Notes: generated by a model not told the origin, from the letters alone. A DNA stretch of 64,000 nt from an uncultured cyanobacterium (GCA_963719515.1 CAVRCJ010000011.1:416001-480000), one strand, 5' to 3'. Numbered from the stretch's first letter, positions 41,318 to 51,291 are shown. Program-made: numbers and translations.

Positions 41318-42487
41318 TCACCATCCCAATACTGATAGATTGAGGGTCGTTTGACCAGAAGAAGTCACGGAATTTAAAGCGATCGCCAGGATATTGCCGC
41401 TTGTTCGCTCAATGATGGCAGTAGCTGGCTCATGGTCGGTACTTCCATTGCTAATCACTCGAAATCGAACGTCGTCCAATTCCACCGCTCTAGGCAGTCT
41501 GATGTAGTCGCCTTGAGACGCTTTAAAATCGACGAGGATATCCGCCCTGCGAGTATTTTGCGCCCCACGTCCCAACACAAACTCGTCAGCGCCACTGCCG
41601 CCTCTATACTGATCTTTCCCCCCACGACCAATCAAGGTATCGTCGCCGCCCTGTCCCATCAGCAGGTCATTCCCCCCACCCCCCACTAGGTGGTCGCTGC
41701 CGCCGCCGCCCAGCAGCTTATCGTCACCGCCGCCGCCGCTAGCCCTATCGTGACCGCCCCCTGTGATGATTAAGTCGTCTCCGGCCTGGCCCGAAGCCCG
41801 GTCTTTTCCCGATCCGGTGCGGATAATATCGTTGCCGCCGCCGCCAAAGACGATATCGCGCCCTTTACCGCTGACAATGCGGTCTCGGCCTTCGCGTCCG
41901 CGAAGCCTGTCGCTGCGGTTTGTCCCTCGAATCAAAACTATTGGCCCCAGAGGCAGAGCATCATCGAGGATTACCGTAGCGCTGGCGTCCGCTCCATCAG
42001 CAGTGGCGATCGCTCCTGCCGTAGCGTTGCTGGAGGTCGCACCGGGTACAAACCCAGAATCGGAGCTGCTGCTGGTCTCGCCATTCGGGGCGGTGGCGGT
42101 AGAGTAGCTACGCCCCCCTGCGCCCTCATCATTGACGTAAGCGGTGGAGCCGCTGGAGCTACTGGAGCTGCCGCTGGCGGCGCTCGGCAGCGAGGCGGCG
42201 GACGAGCTTGGCACCGGGCGGAGCGAGGCGGAGTCATTTTGGCTGGTGGCTGGGGCGATCGCCTCTGCTGTGGTTGTGGCTGTGTCGTCAGCCCGGCCGC
42301 TAGCGCTAGCGGTAGCTGAGCTTGCTCCTGGGGTAAACACTGCGTCGCTGCTGCGGCTAGTTTGGCCGCTGGCCGAAGTAGCAGTCGCCTGGGATGAGCT
42401 TCCAGCCCCTGATGCACTGACGTAGCTAGAGCTGCTTGAAGAGGAGCTTGCCAGCGAGAATCGGGTTCCGTCTTCACGTTCAAACAT
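41318..42487 (-). CDS. RTX (GGxGxD) Ca-binding protein with Ser/Ala/Thr-rich N-terminal repeats
   Basis: Long run of nonapeptides (GGGGNDII, GQAGDDLI, GGGGSDHL, GGSGADEF); no Sec signal. Confidence 0.88.
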   Translation of the reverse strand: MFEREDGTRFSLASSSSSSSSYVSASGAGSSSQATATSASGQTSRSSDAVFTPGASSATASASGRADDTATTTAEAIAPATSQNDSASLRPVPSSSAASLPSAASGSSSSSSGSTAYVNDEGAGGRSYSTATAPNGETSSSSDSGFVPGATSSNATAGAIATADGADASATVILDDALPLGPIVLIRGTNRSDRLRGREGRDRIVSGKGRDIVFGGGGNDIIRTGSGKDRASGQAGDDLIITGGGHDRASGGGGDDKLLGGGGSDHLVGGGGNDLLMGQGGDDTLIGRGGKDQYRGGSGADEFVLGRGAQNTRRADILVDFKASQGDYIRLPRAVELDDVRFRVISNGSTDHEPATAIIERTSGNILAIALNSVTSSGQTTLNLSVLGW

Positions 42488-42573
42488 TGGAGTTATCTTT
42501 CCTCAATTAACTGTAAGCTTTAGAGGTAAAAACCAACAGCTTACTAATAGTAAATCAAGCAAAATAGGCATGT

Positions 42574-42586
42574 GGCCAAATTGGCA
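42574..42586 (-). promoter_or_regulatory. Palindromic box GGCCA-AAT-TGGCA upstream of the RTX gene
   Basis: TACTAT 21 nt downstream on the minus strand. Confidence 0.7.
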
Positions 42587-43084
42587 GATTCTTTAATTCA
42601 CGCAAGTTTTTAGCTATTCAATCGAGAGGAAAGACGTAGCCTAACTCGCGCGAATCATTCGGAGTTTTCGCATCTAAGACGTTAATTTCCTTTAAATCGT
42701 AGGTGCTCAAGCGGTGCGTCTGGCGATCGTGGTGTATGCTGACTTCAGTAAGTTCGATAAGGCCGTTGTTCGTTTTTTATCTTTTGCGAAGCAGCTAAGC
42801 CGATGTAAATTCGGAACCTTGCCTGCTGGCATTACTTCTGAGACTGATTCAGCAAAGCTAAAAATCAGGCTACCGGTGGTGAATGAGTTACTGCGTTTGC
42901 CGATGCTTATACCAAACCGGGTTTTGCAAACGCAGGGGCTGATGCTGTAGCCCTTGGCGACATTACCCTAGACGGGGTTCAATCTGCACCTTTCAAAACC
43001 AGACTGGCGATCGCCTCTGCTACAGGCTCGTGGTCAATTATTGTCCTACGCTTTTATTATCGCAGCGTTTTAGCGTCGGGTAGA

Positions 43085-43097
43085 TGCCAGTTTGGCA
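43085..43097 (+). promoter_or_regulatory. Palindromic box TGCCA-GTT-TGGCA upstream of small protein 1
   Basis: TATTCT 23 nt downstream. Confidence 0.7.
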
Positions 43098-43286
43098 ACC
43101 TGGACTGTGCTTAATACTGATATTCTACGTGAATCTTTTGAATCAAATAGTTACGTAAGTGAGTGCTCAAAATTAAACGTATGGATAGGCGCTCTCAGCG
43201 GAAAAATTATCCTGATGGCATCGTTCACTTATAGCTCCTTACTTGTTTGATCCGTACTAAATGAAACACTGGAGTTGCCAAAGCCA

Positions 43287-43613
43287 ATGAAAATTATAGA
43301 CCTCGATCACTGCAGTGTTCTAACGCCAGCATATTCTCAAAGCTTGACTAGTCAGTCTGTCGCTGGTGGGGCAGCGGCCACCACGGATGTCGATACCTAC
43401 GCTGGTGATGGCTTAGCCTCTGCCTCTGCTAGCGCAAACGCGCTTGGTGATTATTCAAGAACATATACATCAACTCGAACAAGCAGCCGTAAAACCCGTC
43501 ATGGCTCGTTTTCCTGGGCGATCGCTATTGCGCACTCAGTCGCGCGTTCGAGGTCTGATGTCGCCATATCTTCGTCCTTGGAGAGTTCCGTATCGTCAAA
43601 CAGTTTTCGTTGA
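43287..43613 (+). CDS. Small secreted protein 1 with double-glycine leader
   Basis: MKIIDLDHCSVL...SQSVAGG|AAATT...; core ASASASANALG...TYTSTRT. Confidence 0.8.
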   Translation: MKIIDLDHCSVLTPAYSQSLTSQSVAGGAAATTDVDTYAGDGLASASASANALGDYSRTYTSTRTSSRKTRHGSFSWAIAIAHSVARSRSDVAISSSLESSVSSNSFR

Positions 43614-43853
43614 TGCTCTGTCTCAGAAAGAATAAGGTCTATTAAGACAGACAAGTTAGATCAGCTGATGGTTTATAGAAGATGAGGGCAAGCTTTCGAA
43701 CGGTGGGTAGAGAATTTCGCGGCTGGCGCAAAAGACGCTGTCTCTAAGGCTCTGTCTAAGGCTCTGGGCAATCACATTAACGCTATTTGGTACTTCACCA
43801 CCGCTACAACGCATCCCTTACGCCTTCAGGACTACTAGCTAGCTTCTATATCG

Positions 43854-43866
43854 TGCCAAATTGGCA
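43854..43866 (+). promoter_or_regulatory. Palindromic box TGCCA-AAT-TGGCA upstream of small protein 2
   Basis: TATTAT 22 nt downstream. Confidence 0.7.
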
Positions 43867-43942
43867 CCTCTCTATGCTTATAGGTATCTATTATTTCAGT
43901 ATGTCACTTTAGTAAACTGGCGATGCGACAAGGAGCATAAAG

Positions 43943-44230
43943 ATGCATATTACTGACTTGGAACACAAACAAACCTTATTGCCGCAGTCATCAATAACAG
44001 GAGGAGAACTGCCGGTTGAGTTTTTCAGACAAAGAATCAACGCTTTAAAGCAAGGAATTAGTCTCTCGTCTCAAGATATAACGTCTCGTAGGCGGAATTT
44101 TGACGGCGGAAGCTTGGCCTCTAGCCGAAGCTCTGGAGGTAACTTTTCGCGAACTAGAATTCTTGTTCCTACTGGGTCAGATGTTACCGCCGTTGTTATT
44201 CAAGCAGTTGCGCCCAGCTCAAACTCTTGA
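43943..44230 (+). CDS. Small secreted protein 2 with double-glycine leader
   Basis: AAGGAG RBS; MHITDLEHKQTLLPQSSITGG|ELP... Confidence 0.78.
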   Translation: MHITDLEHKQTLLPQSSITGGELPVEFFRQRINALKQGISLSSQDITSRRRNFDGGSLASSRSSGGNFSRTRILVPTGSDVTAVVIQAVAPSSNS

Positions 44231-44686
44231 GCAAGGGGCCATAGTTAAGCGATGCTAAACCTCGTCTGACTCGAAAGTTGCGGTTTTTGTCTGGCTTTGA
44301 AAAGCTCTCAAGCGTAGCGCTTCAGCTTTGAAGCGCAGACTCCCAAAAACTCCTGGCCTCAACATAGACGACATGGCTTATTGAGGGGAGCGCCCAGGCA
44401 CTCCTCTCAATAGCTATTTCATCCGTATGCATTCACCCATAAATCAGGCGTTTAGAGGTCACCTATAACTATGGGCGACCTCTAAACGCTCTTTAAAGGC
44501 ACCACAGTGTCGGTGCTGAGATAGTCTTTTGGAATAATTTTGATTTGATCTGGTCTATTGGATTCATAAGAAGCGGATAAAACAATAGCACACCAAGCCG
44601 CTTATCGTCTTTATATGGACATAAAAACATAAGCGCCTTGAGGTTAGTTTATTATCAATTTAAAGACGCCTATTTGCCTTAAATTC

Positions 44687-44699
44687 TGCCATTTTGGCA
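44687..44699 (+). promoter_or_regulatory. Palindromic box TGCCA-TTT-TGGCA upstream of small protein 3
   Basis: TATTAT 22 nt and TATAAT 25 nt downstream. Confidence 0.7.
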
Positions 44700-44786
44700 A
44701 CCAATAAATCCGTATTTTAATTATTATAATAGTGTCAGTAATAAAGCTGACAAGTTTAGCAAAAGACATTGAATGGAGACAAAATC

Positions 44787-45104
44787 ATGATTATTTTTGA
44801 CCTAAGCTATCTTGAAACTGCTGGTGAAGACGTTCTTGGCAGCCGCGGTCGCCGGCGTCATGGTGGTGGTTACGATGTTGACGGTCGCATCAACATCAGA
44901 AAGCATGTCAATATCAACGTTAACGTCTACGAAACCTACGATAAGGCTGTCTATGGATACGTTGAGATTTACGGCAATCTAGCTACTGCCGAAGCTGGGG
45001 CTTCTGCTAAGGGATACAACTCGCTCTCCGAAACCATCACCTTTACAGATGCCACATACGGCGGCTCCGAGTCCTACAGTGGTTCCGTCTCTGCCGTTAA
45101 TTAG
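44787..45104 (+). CDS. Small secreted protein 3 with double-glycine-type leader
   Basis: GGAGA RBS; MIIFDLSYLETAGEDVLGS...HGG; beta-patterned core VNINVNVYE, ATAEAGASAKG, SESYSGSVSA. Confidence 0.82.
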   Translation: MIIFDLSYLETAGEDVLGSRGRRRHGGGYDVDGRINIRKHVNINVNVYETYDKAVYGYVEIYGNLATAEAGASAKGYNSLSETITFTDATYGGSESYSGSVSAVN

Positions 45105-45138
45105 TTGGTTAGCTGGCTAAAATGTAGAGTTTCGAGCT

Positions 45139-45260
45139 CAGATAAGCTGACTCCAGATGCCATTCTGTGAGTCAGCTTATCTGTGGCATTGGCTATATCG
45201 AGACCAAAGTAGAAAAAGGCGCTGAAGGTCGTCTACTCTGCTTGAGTGACCTTCAGCGCC
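45139..45260. terminator. Two hairpins between convergent genes
   Basis: CAGATAAGCTGACTC/GAGTCAGCTTATCTG (45139-45183) and GGCGCTGAAGGTC/GACCTTCAGCGCC (45218-45260, preceded by an A run). Confidence 0.7.
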
Positions 45261-45307
45261 GCGCTATTTATTTATAGCCATGTACGAGCAATCTTAGGCA
45301 GCTATTT

Positions 45308-45661
45308 TTAACAGGCTTCGTCGAAATAAGACCATAAAGAATAACAGCTAGATATTCCACCAACTACACCGGAAGACTGATTCCTGACTGAGTCTATGTA
45401 GTTGAGGTCACGAATAGAATGAGAGGCTTTTCGAGAAGATACTTGTTCTTTCTGAGCAGATTTAGGCTGCTTCAAGCAGTTATCCTTCATCAATCTGTTG
45501 TACGTCCTGTAGGGAATATAATGGAGTGGGTTATAGCCTGCAAACCGCAAGATCAAGACGCAGGCCCAGGAATATTTACCGTTGAGGATGGCCTCAACGA
45601 CCTGCGTAAACTGCTCGGGGGTCATTGCTTTACTCAGTTCGCGATCGCAATCTAACGTCAT
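45308..45661 (-). CDS. hetP: HetP-family protein
   Basis: [45 protein letters not shown]. Confidence 0.92.
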   Translation of the reverse strand: MTLDCDRELSKAMTPEQFTQVVEAILNGKYSWACVLILRFAGYNPLHYIPYRTYNRLMKDNCLKQPKSAQKEQVSSRKASHSIRDLNYIDSVRNQSSGVVGGISSCYSLWSYFDEAC

Positions 45662-45733
45662 GTGTAATTGCCTCCTTTAAAACCGGTTCTAAAAAGTATT
45701 TGATCAGCTATATCTATAGGGTTGTGAATAGCA

Positions 45734-47113
45734 TTAGAGATTGATGCCGCCTTCCTGAAGCTGTCGAATGGGGTCAAGCAGCAAATCGAGAATGCGCTGC
45801 CGCCGAACCACGATCTCAGCGCTAGCGGTTTGTCCTGCCTGAAGCACAACGGGCTGATTTTCGTGAATAACGTGATTTCGCTCTAGAGCAATATCGACGT
45901 CATAGATAGCCCCGAGCTGCTCATTCACTTCAGCATCAGGGGAAATCGAAATGACGGTCCCCAAAACCACGCCATAGTCCTGATAAGGAAAGGCGTCGAA
46001 CTTGATGTTGACTGCCATCCCTTTTGTGATCAGGCCTGCTTCGCGGCTGGGCAAAGCTGCTGAGAGAATTAAAGGGGCTTCGCTAGGTGCAATCTCAGCC
46101 ACGGTCTGACCAGATTGCACCAGCTCTCCAGTATTTTCCACATCCAGCGACAGTACTAGGCCATCGAAAGGCGCATAGATGAACATCTGATTCAGCTTTG
46201 TCTCTGCTGCTTTGAGCAGCGTTTCTGCCTCTGCAAGGCTAGCCTGAACTGTTTCAGCTTCCCGCTCGAGCTCGTGGAGCCGTTGCTGGAGTTCAACCTG
46301 GCTGCGCTGGCCCTCGGCCTGCTGGCGCATGAGCTGCGACCTCAGGCGATCGCTCTCCACTAAAGTTTTCTCTAAATTGCCCTTGCTCTGCGTGATGGCC
46401 TGTTCGCTCTCGCGAATTGATTGCTCTACCTGAAATAGCTGGTCGGCGGCGATCGCCCCCACCTCAACGAGCGGCTGCAGCCGTTCAAGGCGCATCCTGT
46501 GGGCGTCCATTTCGGTGTCAAGATGCCCTAGCATTTGACGGGTGGTGCTCGCGTCCGTCTCGGTCTCCACAATGGCCTCCCGCTGAGCCTCAACGTCAGC
46601 TCCCGCGATCGCCGAGCGCACGCCCGTCTCAAATTGAGTGCGCTCAACTAGCGCCTCAATCTGCAAAAGCTGAGAGCGATAGGACGCGATACTCTGCTCT
46701 AGCCGCTCAATCTCTGTCTGCTGTAGGCGGGTATCTAGAGCGGCAATCAGCTGTCCCTTTTCGACCGCATTCCCTTCCTCAACTAGGATTTGCGCCACCT
46801 CGCCCTCAACCATGGGCTGCAGCTTGTGAGTTTCCCCCAAGGGCACGAGCTGCCCTTGGGCGTGGCTGACGTGCTGGACTCGCCCGAACCAAGCCCAGCA
46901 GCCAACGACGCAGCTGAACGCAACCCCACCCAATAAAAGCCGTTTTGACAGCGCTGCCGGGGGGCGATCTAACGTCGATTGAAGGGCGGCGCTCCAGACA
47001 GAAGGTGGCTGAGTATCAGATTTGACTGCAGAGGACGATGAAGACTGCGATAATTGTGTCCTAGGCTCATTCAGGGTAGCTGCTGTAGAGCTAGCAGACT
47101 GAGATGAAGTCAT
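45734..47113 (-). CDS. HlyD-family type I secretion membrane fusion protein
   Basis: WAWFG, AQGQLVP, coiled coil, KFDAFPYQDYG, LLDPI. Confidence 0.92.
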   Translation of the reverse strand: MTSSQSASSTAATLNEPRTQLSQSSSSSAVKSDTQPPSVWSAALQSTLDRPPAALSKRLLLGGVAFSCVVGCWAWFGRVQHVSHAQGQLVPLGETHKLQPMVEGEVAQILVEEGNAVEKGQLIAALDTRLQQTEIERLEQSIASYRSQLLQIEALVERTQFETGVRSAIAGADVEAQREAIVETETDASTTRQMLGHLDTEMDAHRMRLERLQPLVEVGAIAADQLFQVEQSIRESEQAITQSKGNLEKTLVESDRLRSQLMRQQAEGQRSQVELQQRLHELEREAETVQASLAEAETLLKAAETKLNQMFIYAPFDGLVLSLDVENTGELVQSGQTVAEIAPSEAPLILSAALPSREAGLITKGMAVNIKFDAFPYQDYGVVLGTVISISPDAEVNEQLGAIYDVDIALERNHVIHENQPVVLQAGQTASAEIVVRRQRILDLLLDPIRQLQEGGINL

Positions 47114-47348
47114 AATCAATTCCAACTAATGGACATTGCAGGCGATCGCGAGTGGTGCGGCTTCGTCGCCCATTTGAGTAGGGGTCAGGTCACTCGAAAG
47201 TGCTGCCGGTCAGAAAGTTCTGTCAATGCTTGCCCAGGCTATGGGAGCCAAAAAGTCTCCTGAAAGACATCAATACTGCACGGCAATGGGCCAATGCCGT
47301 AGATAGACCGTATATAGAAAAATCATAGAGGGCTCCTTGGGGTGGGCC

Positions 47349-47361
47349 TGCCAAAATGGCA
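47349..47361 (-). promoter_or_regulatory. Palindromic box TGCCA-AAA-TGGCA upstream of hlyD-hetP
   Basis: TATGAT 21 nt downstream on the minus strand. Confidence 0.7.
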
Positions 47362-47519
47362 TTCTCGCAACATATTTCCATACTTATCTGCTTGAAAGCA
47401 ACATTTATACAGAGGGCGTTACTGTGCAAAGAGCAAATGCGTTGAGTGATGCTACGTTTGTCGCTAAGGGTTAGGCCGCTATGGCCGCTGTATAGCGTTA
47501 GGCCACTCAAGACTAACCA

Positions 47520-50500
47520 CTAAAGATTGAGCTGCTGCTGGACAAGATGGTAGTACAGCCCTCGCTGAGCCATGAGAGCGTCGTGGTTTCCTGTTTCCAC
47601 CAGAACGCCTTTGTCTAACACCAAAATTTGATCGGCGTGGCGCACCGTTGAGAGCCGATGGGCAATGACAAAAGTCGTGCGATCGCGCCTGATGTAGGCT
47701 AGGTTGGCTTGGAACCGGCGTTCGGACTCCGTATCCAAAGAGCTAGTAGCCTCATCCAAAATCAGAATGCGCGGCTGACTGAGCAGGGCCCGGGCGATCG
47801 CAATTCGCTGGCGTTGCCCTCCCGACAGAGTTGATCCCCGTTCGCCAACGGGAGTGCTGTACCCCAGAGGTAGGGATTGAATAAAACCGTGGGCCTCGGC
47901 GAGCTTGGCCGCCTCGATTGCGTCTTCTAGCGAGAATTCCGGGCGGTGAAGCACGATGTTGTCCAGAATGGTGCCCGAAAATAGGAAGCACTCCTGAGGC
48001 ACCACCCCCAGCTGCGATCGCAGAGATGAGGGAGAGACATGGCGAATGTCGTGTTCGTCGACTGAAATTCGGCCCTGGTCGGGCTGATACAGCCCTTCCA
48101 AGAGCTTCACCAGCGTGCTCTTGCCCGAGCCGCTGCGCCCAACAATTGCCGCAGTTTGCCCCGCACTCAAACTGAAGGAGATATTTTGCAGCGTGTTGCG
48201 TTCGGCGTCGCTGCCGTAGCGAAAGGTGACATCCTCAAACACGACGTCGCCCTCAATAGGCGGCATCGTCATCATCGGCTGGCCCGACACTTCTTCGGGC
48301 CGCGTCTCAAAGACGTCGTTCAACCGCTCCACAGAGATGAGCACTTCTTGCAGCTCGTCCCACAGGTCTGCGAGTGCGATCACCGGGCTGATGACGTAGC
48401 CGATCATCATGTTAAAGGCCACAAACTGACCGATGGTGAGCTGGTCTTGAATCACCAAGCTTGCCCCGTACCACAGCAACAGGGTGCTGCCCAGCGTATT
48501 GACCAAACCGTTCGCGGCCTGCAGCCCAATGCCAAATTTCTGCCCTCGAAACCGCACGTTCAGCTGCCGAGTGAGGTGCTCTTCCCACTGCCACCGCACC
48601 TCCCGCTCGGCGGCAGCGGACTTGATGCTGTGGATGCCGGTCATCATTTCCACGAGTGATGAGTTTTGGTCGGCAGCTTCCTTAAAAATTTGCCGCGAAA
48701 TTCTGCGGAGGAAGGGCGTCGACCCCAAGGTCAGCAGGACGATGGGCGGGATTAGCAGCAGCACCAGCAAGGTCAACCGCCAGTTGTAGTAGAGCATTAG
48801 CCCCAGGTACACAAATCCGGTGACAAAGTTGAGCCATGCTAGAACCACCTGGCCAATCAAAAACCGCTGAATCTTTTGATTTTCTTGAACGCGGGTAATG
48901 ATATCCCCCACTCGCCGAGACTCAAAGAACTTGAGCGGCAGCGAGACGGTGTGACGAATAAACCCGCTGATCAGCGTCAGGTCGAGGCGATTGGAGAAAT
49001 AGCTCAGCAGATATTGCCGCACCGACGACATGGCAATTGACCAAAGCCCAAAGATAACCAGCCCGATGGCGAAGACGTTCAGCGTCTCCAGGCTTTTTTG
49101 CACCACCACCTGGTCTAAAATCAGCTGAGTGAATAGCGGCGTCACCAGCCCAAACACCTGAATGAGGAGGGAAACGCCAATCACCTGCAGCATCAGAGAC
49201 CGGTAGGGCAGCAGTGCCCCCACATAGCGGCCTAGGGTGGCCTGTTTGACGGTGGTGTCGTATAGGGCATCCGTGGGGTCGAGCAGCAGGCCATAGCCGG
49301 TCCAGTGGGAGGTGAAATACTCTCGTGAGACGGACTGCCGTCCCAATACCGGATCGGCGATCGCCACCTGATCCCCCGTGATCCGGTACACCACAATGTA
49401 GTGGTCTCCCTGCCAGTGGGCAATCCAGGGGTTGGCCTGCTCGGCCATGCGCCCCAGGCTCGCCCGTACGGGACGGGCCTGGTAGCCCAATCCCTCTGCC
49501 GCCTTGGCCAAACTCCGCAGGGTTGCCCCGGCGCGCCCGACGTTAGCCTGCTCCCGCAGAAAGTTTAGGGGAAATCGCTTGCCCCAGTACTGGGAAACCA
49601 TTGACAGACAGGCTGCGCCACAGTCAGACGAACTCTGTTGCTCAACCCAGGGATACCGGTGCAGCCAATCTAGTAGTTTCCGGTTGACGGGTTTGGGGAA
49701 AGCGGGCGATCGCGGCGCTGAATAGGGCTCTGGCGATCGCTCTGGCGCTGAGGACGCGGTTGCCGAAAGGTGCCGGTCCTCACGGTTTGGAAGCACAGGT
49801 CTAACCCTGATTTCAGAACTCGCTCCCAGAGAGGCCCCAGATGGATTTGCCTGACTTGTACTCAGGGTTCTACCTGAGTGGGGCGACTCTGCTTCGCAAA
49901 TGCTAGGAAGCCAATAGGCAACAACTTCAGTTTGGGTCGCGTGAACCGGCTGCTCGTCCGAATAGCTCCAGCTATCTCCCACTTGCAGCGGGGCGAGACC
50001 TTGGCCGTTGTTGGGATGCCGCTGAACCACCCCTTGTCGAATCCACCACCGGCCGTCTGAGCGGTAAGCGTCAGTAGAAAGGTCGGTCTGGGGCGCGATG
50101 CGGTGCTCAACTAGCTGAGAGAGCCAGGATTGAAGTTGATAACTGTGGGTGCCTGACAACGCCGTCAGACTCTTAAAGAAAATGAGCTGCTCTCGCTGCT
50201 GGGTCTTGGTTTGGAGGTAATCTCGCAGGGCCGGACATTGGTCTAGCAGGACTATCAGCGTAGCTCTCGAAACGACAAGAAGCGTGGCTTGACTAGCCGC
50301 GATCGCCCGGTAGGGTAGCGCCGTTTCTGTAAAGACGTCATCACCGCCGAACATGCCATCGGCCTGAAGCAGCTGCGCCGTCACGTCGCGCGCGCTTGCA
50401 GGGTTGTGGCACAGCAGCCGAACGCTGCCCTGAACGACGAAATACAGGGCAGCGTTGGCCTCTTCAAGGGAGCGGCAAATGTCGTCTCCTAGGGAGTAGT

Positions 50501-50654
50501 CTTTGAGCGTAATGTTGGCAAGCAAGCTGTCGGATATTGCAGACGCGCTTGGGTCTACCAAACTCATCAACCGCATTACGGTCTCAGGAACCTGAGTGAC
50601 GCCTATGGTATCAGGAATAGGCGAATCTTTTCTGATACCAAGATCGTAATTCAT
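47520..50654 (-). CDS. Peptidase C39-containing ABC transporter with N-terminal cNMP-binding-like domains (HetC/PteB-like)
   Basis: QQSSSDCGAACL, HWQGDHYIVV, IADP (Cys/His/Asp present); GRSGSGKST, LSGGQRQR, ILDEAT. Confidence 0.93.
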   Translation of the reverse strand: MNYDLGIRKDSPIPDTIGVTQVPETVMRLMSLVDPSASAISDSLLANITLKDYSLGDDICRSLEEANAALYFVVQGSVRLLCHNPASARDVTAQLLQADGMFGGDDVFTETALPYRAIAASQATLLVVSRATLIVLLDQCPALRDYLQTKTQQREQLIFFKSLTALSGTHSYQLQSWLSQLVEHRIAPQTDLSTDAYRSDGRWWIRQGVVQRHPNNGQGLAPLQVGDSWSYSDEQPVHATQTEVVAYWLPSICEAESPHSGRTLSTSQANPSGASLGASSEIRVRPVLPNREDRHLSATASSAPERSPEPYSAPRSPAFPKPVNRKLLDWLHRYPWVEQQSSSDCGAACLSMVSQYWGKRFPLNFLREQANVGRAGATLRSLAKAAEGLGYQARPVRASLGRMAEQANPWIAHWQGDHYIVVYRITGDQVAIADPVLGRQSVSREYFTSHWTGYGLLLDPTDALYDTTVKQATLGRYVGALLPYRSLMLQVIGVSLLIQVFGLVTPLFTQLILDQVVVQKSLETLNVFAIGLVIFGLWSIAMSSVRQYLLSYFSNRLDLTLISGFIRHTVSLPLKFFESRRVGDIITRVQENQKIQRFLIGQVVLAWLNFVTGFVYLGLMLYYNWRLTLLVLLLIPPIVLLTLGSTPFLRRISRQIFKEAADQNSSLVEMMTGIHSIKSAAAEREVRWQWEEHLTRQLNVRFRGQKFGIGLQAANGLVNTLGSTLLLWYGASLVIQDQLTIGQFVAFNMMIGYVISPVIALADLWDELQEVLISVERLNDVFETRPEEVSGQPMMTMPPIEGDVVFEDVTFRYGSDAERNTLQNISFSLSAGQTAAIVGRSGSGKSTLVKLLEGLYQPDQGRISVDEHDIRHVSPSSLRSQLGVVPQECFLFSGTILDNIVLHRPEFSLEDAIEAAKLAEAHGFIQSLPLGYSTPVGERGSTLSGGQRQRIAIARALLSQPRILILDEATSSLDTESERRFQANLAYIRRDRTTFVIAHRLSTVRHADQILVLDKGVLVETGNHDALMAQRGLYYHLVQQQLNL

Positions 50655-51291
50655 GGTAAGCCTCGGAAATAAGGGGTTACATTGACGTCAATCTAGCCGG
50701 ATCAACTGGAATCCTATTTGCGAAGTCTGGAAATCGAATGGAGAACAGAGCCTATCTATTGGGATCTAGAGCAGTTCTTAAAATAGAGCCATTACTATTT
50801 ACGGCCCCTTACCGCCGAAGGGCACTGTCACGGCATGAGAAAAAGCCGCTGATGTATTATTAACTTTCATGTTTAAAGTTTGCTTAAATTGAATGAATTA
50901 GTTGGCAAATACAGACGGAGCGTAAACGAGAGATCTAAAAAGTTACAGAAGGTATCTCAGTTTAAAAAGTCCTGAAAACTCCTTGCTGCACTGCTGCTAG
51001 CGCCAAACCTTTAATTTACGTACTCTGTATTTTATTATTTAATTTGTATAGGCTATTTTCCCTGACATGAGCCTTCTATGTCAATTCAATGACTCAATAT
51101 AAAACATTATTAAGACATTTGTAGTCTTGTTTTACTGATGAAAACAGCTTGCCGACCTAACACCAACTGGTAAAGACGTAGCTATCGGTAGAAGCCTCTT
51201 AGATCACCCGTCTACTTTCTAGGACAGGGTTACTCAAAGCTTGAACTGTTTCCTGAGTCGATGACCTACGATCGCCTCTCTCTTTCGGCAT

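Noticed and set aside
42714..42950. 78-aa ORF as a fourth secreted protein
   Set aside because: No IxDL/GG leader or clear RBS.
43287..45104. Lanthipeptide, cyanobactin or microviridin precursors
   Set aside because: Cores lack Cys and class motifs, and no LanM, YcaO, ATP-grasp or radical SAM gene is in the window.
45308..50654. Evidence that the organism forms heterocysts
   Set aside because: HetP-family and HetC-like genes also occur in non-heterocystous cyanobacteria; nothing else here supports it.
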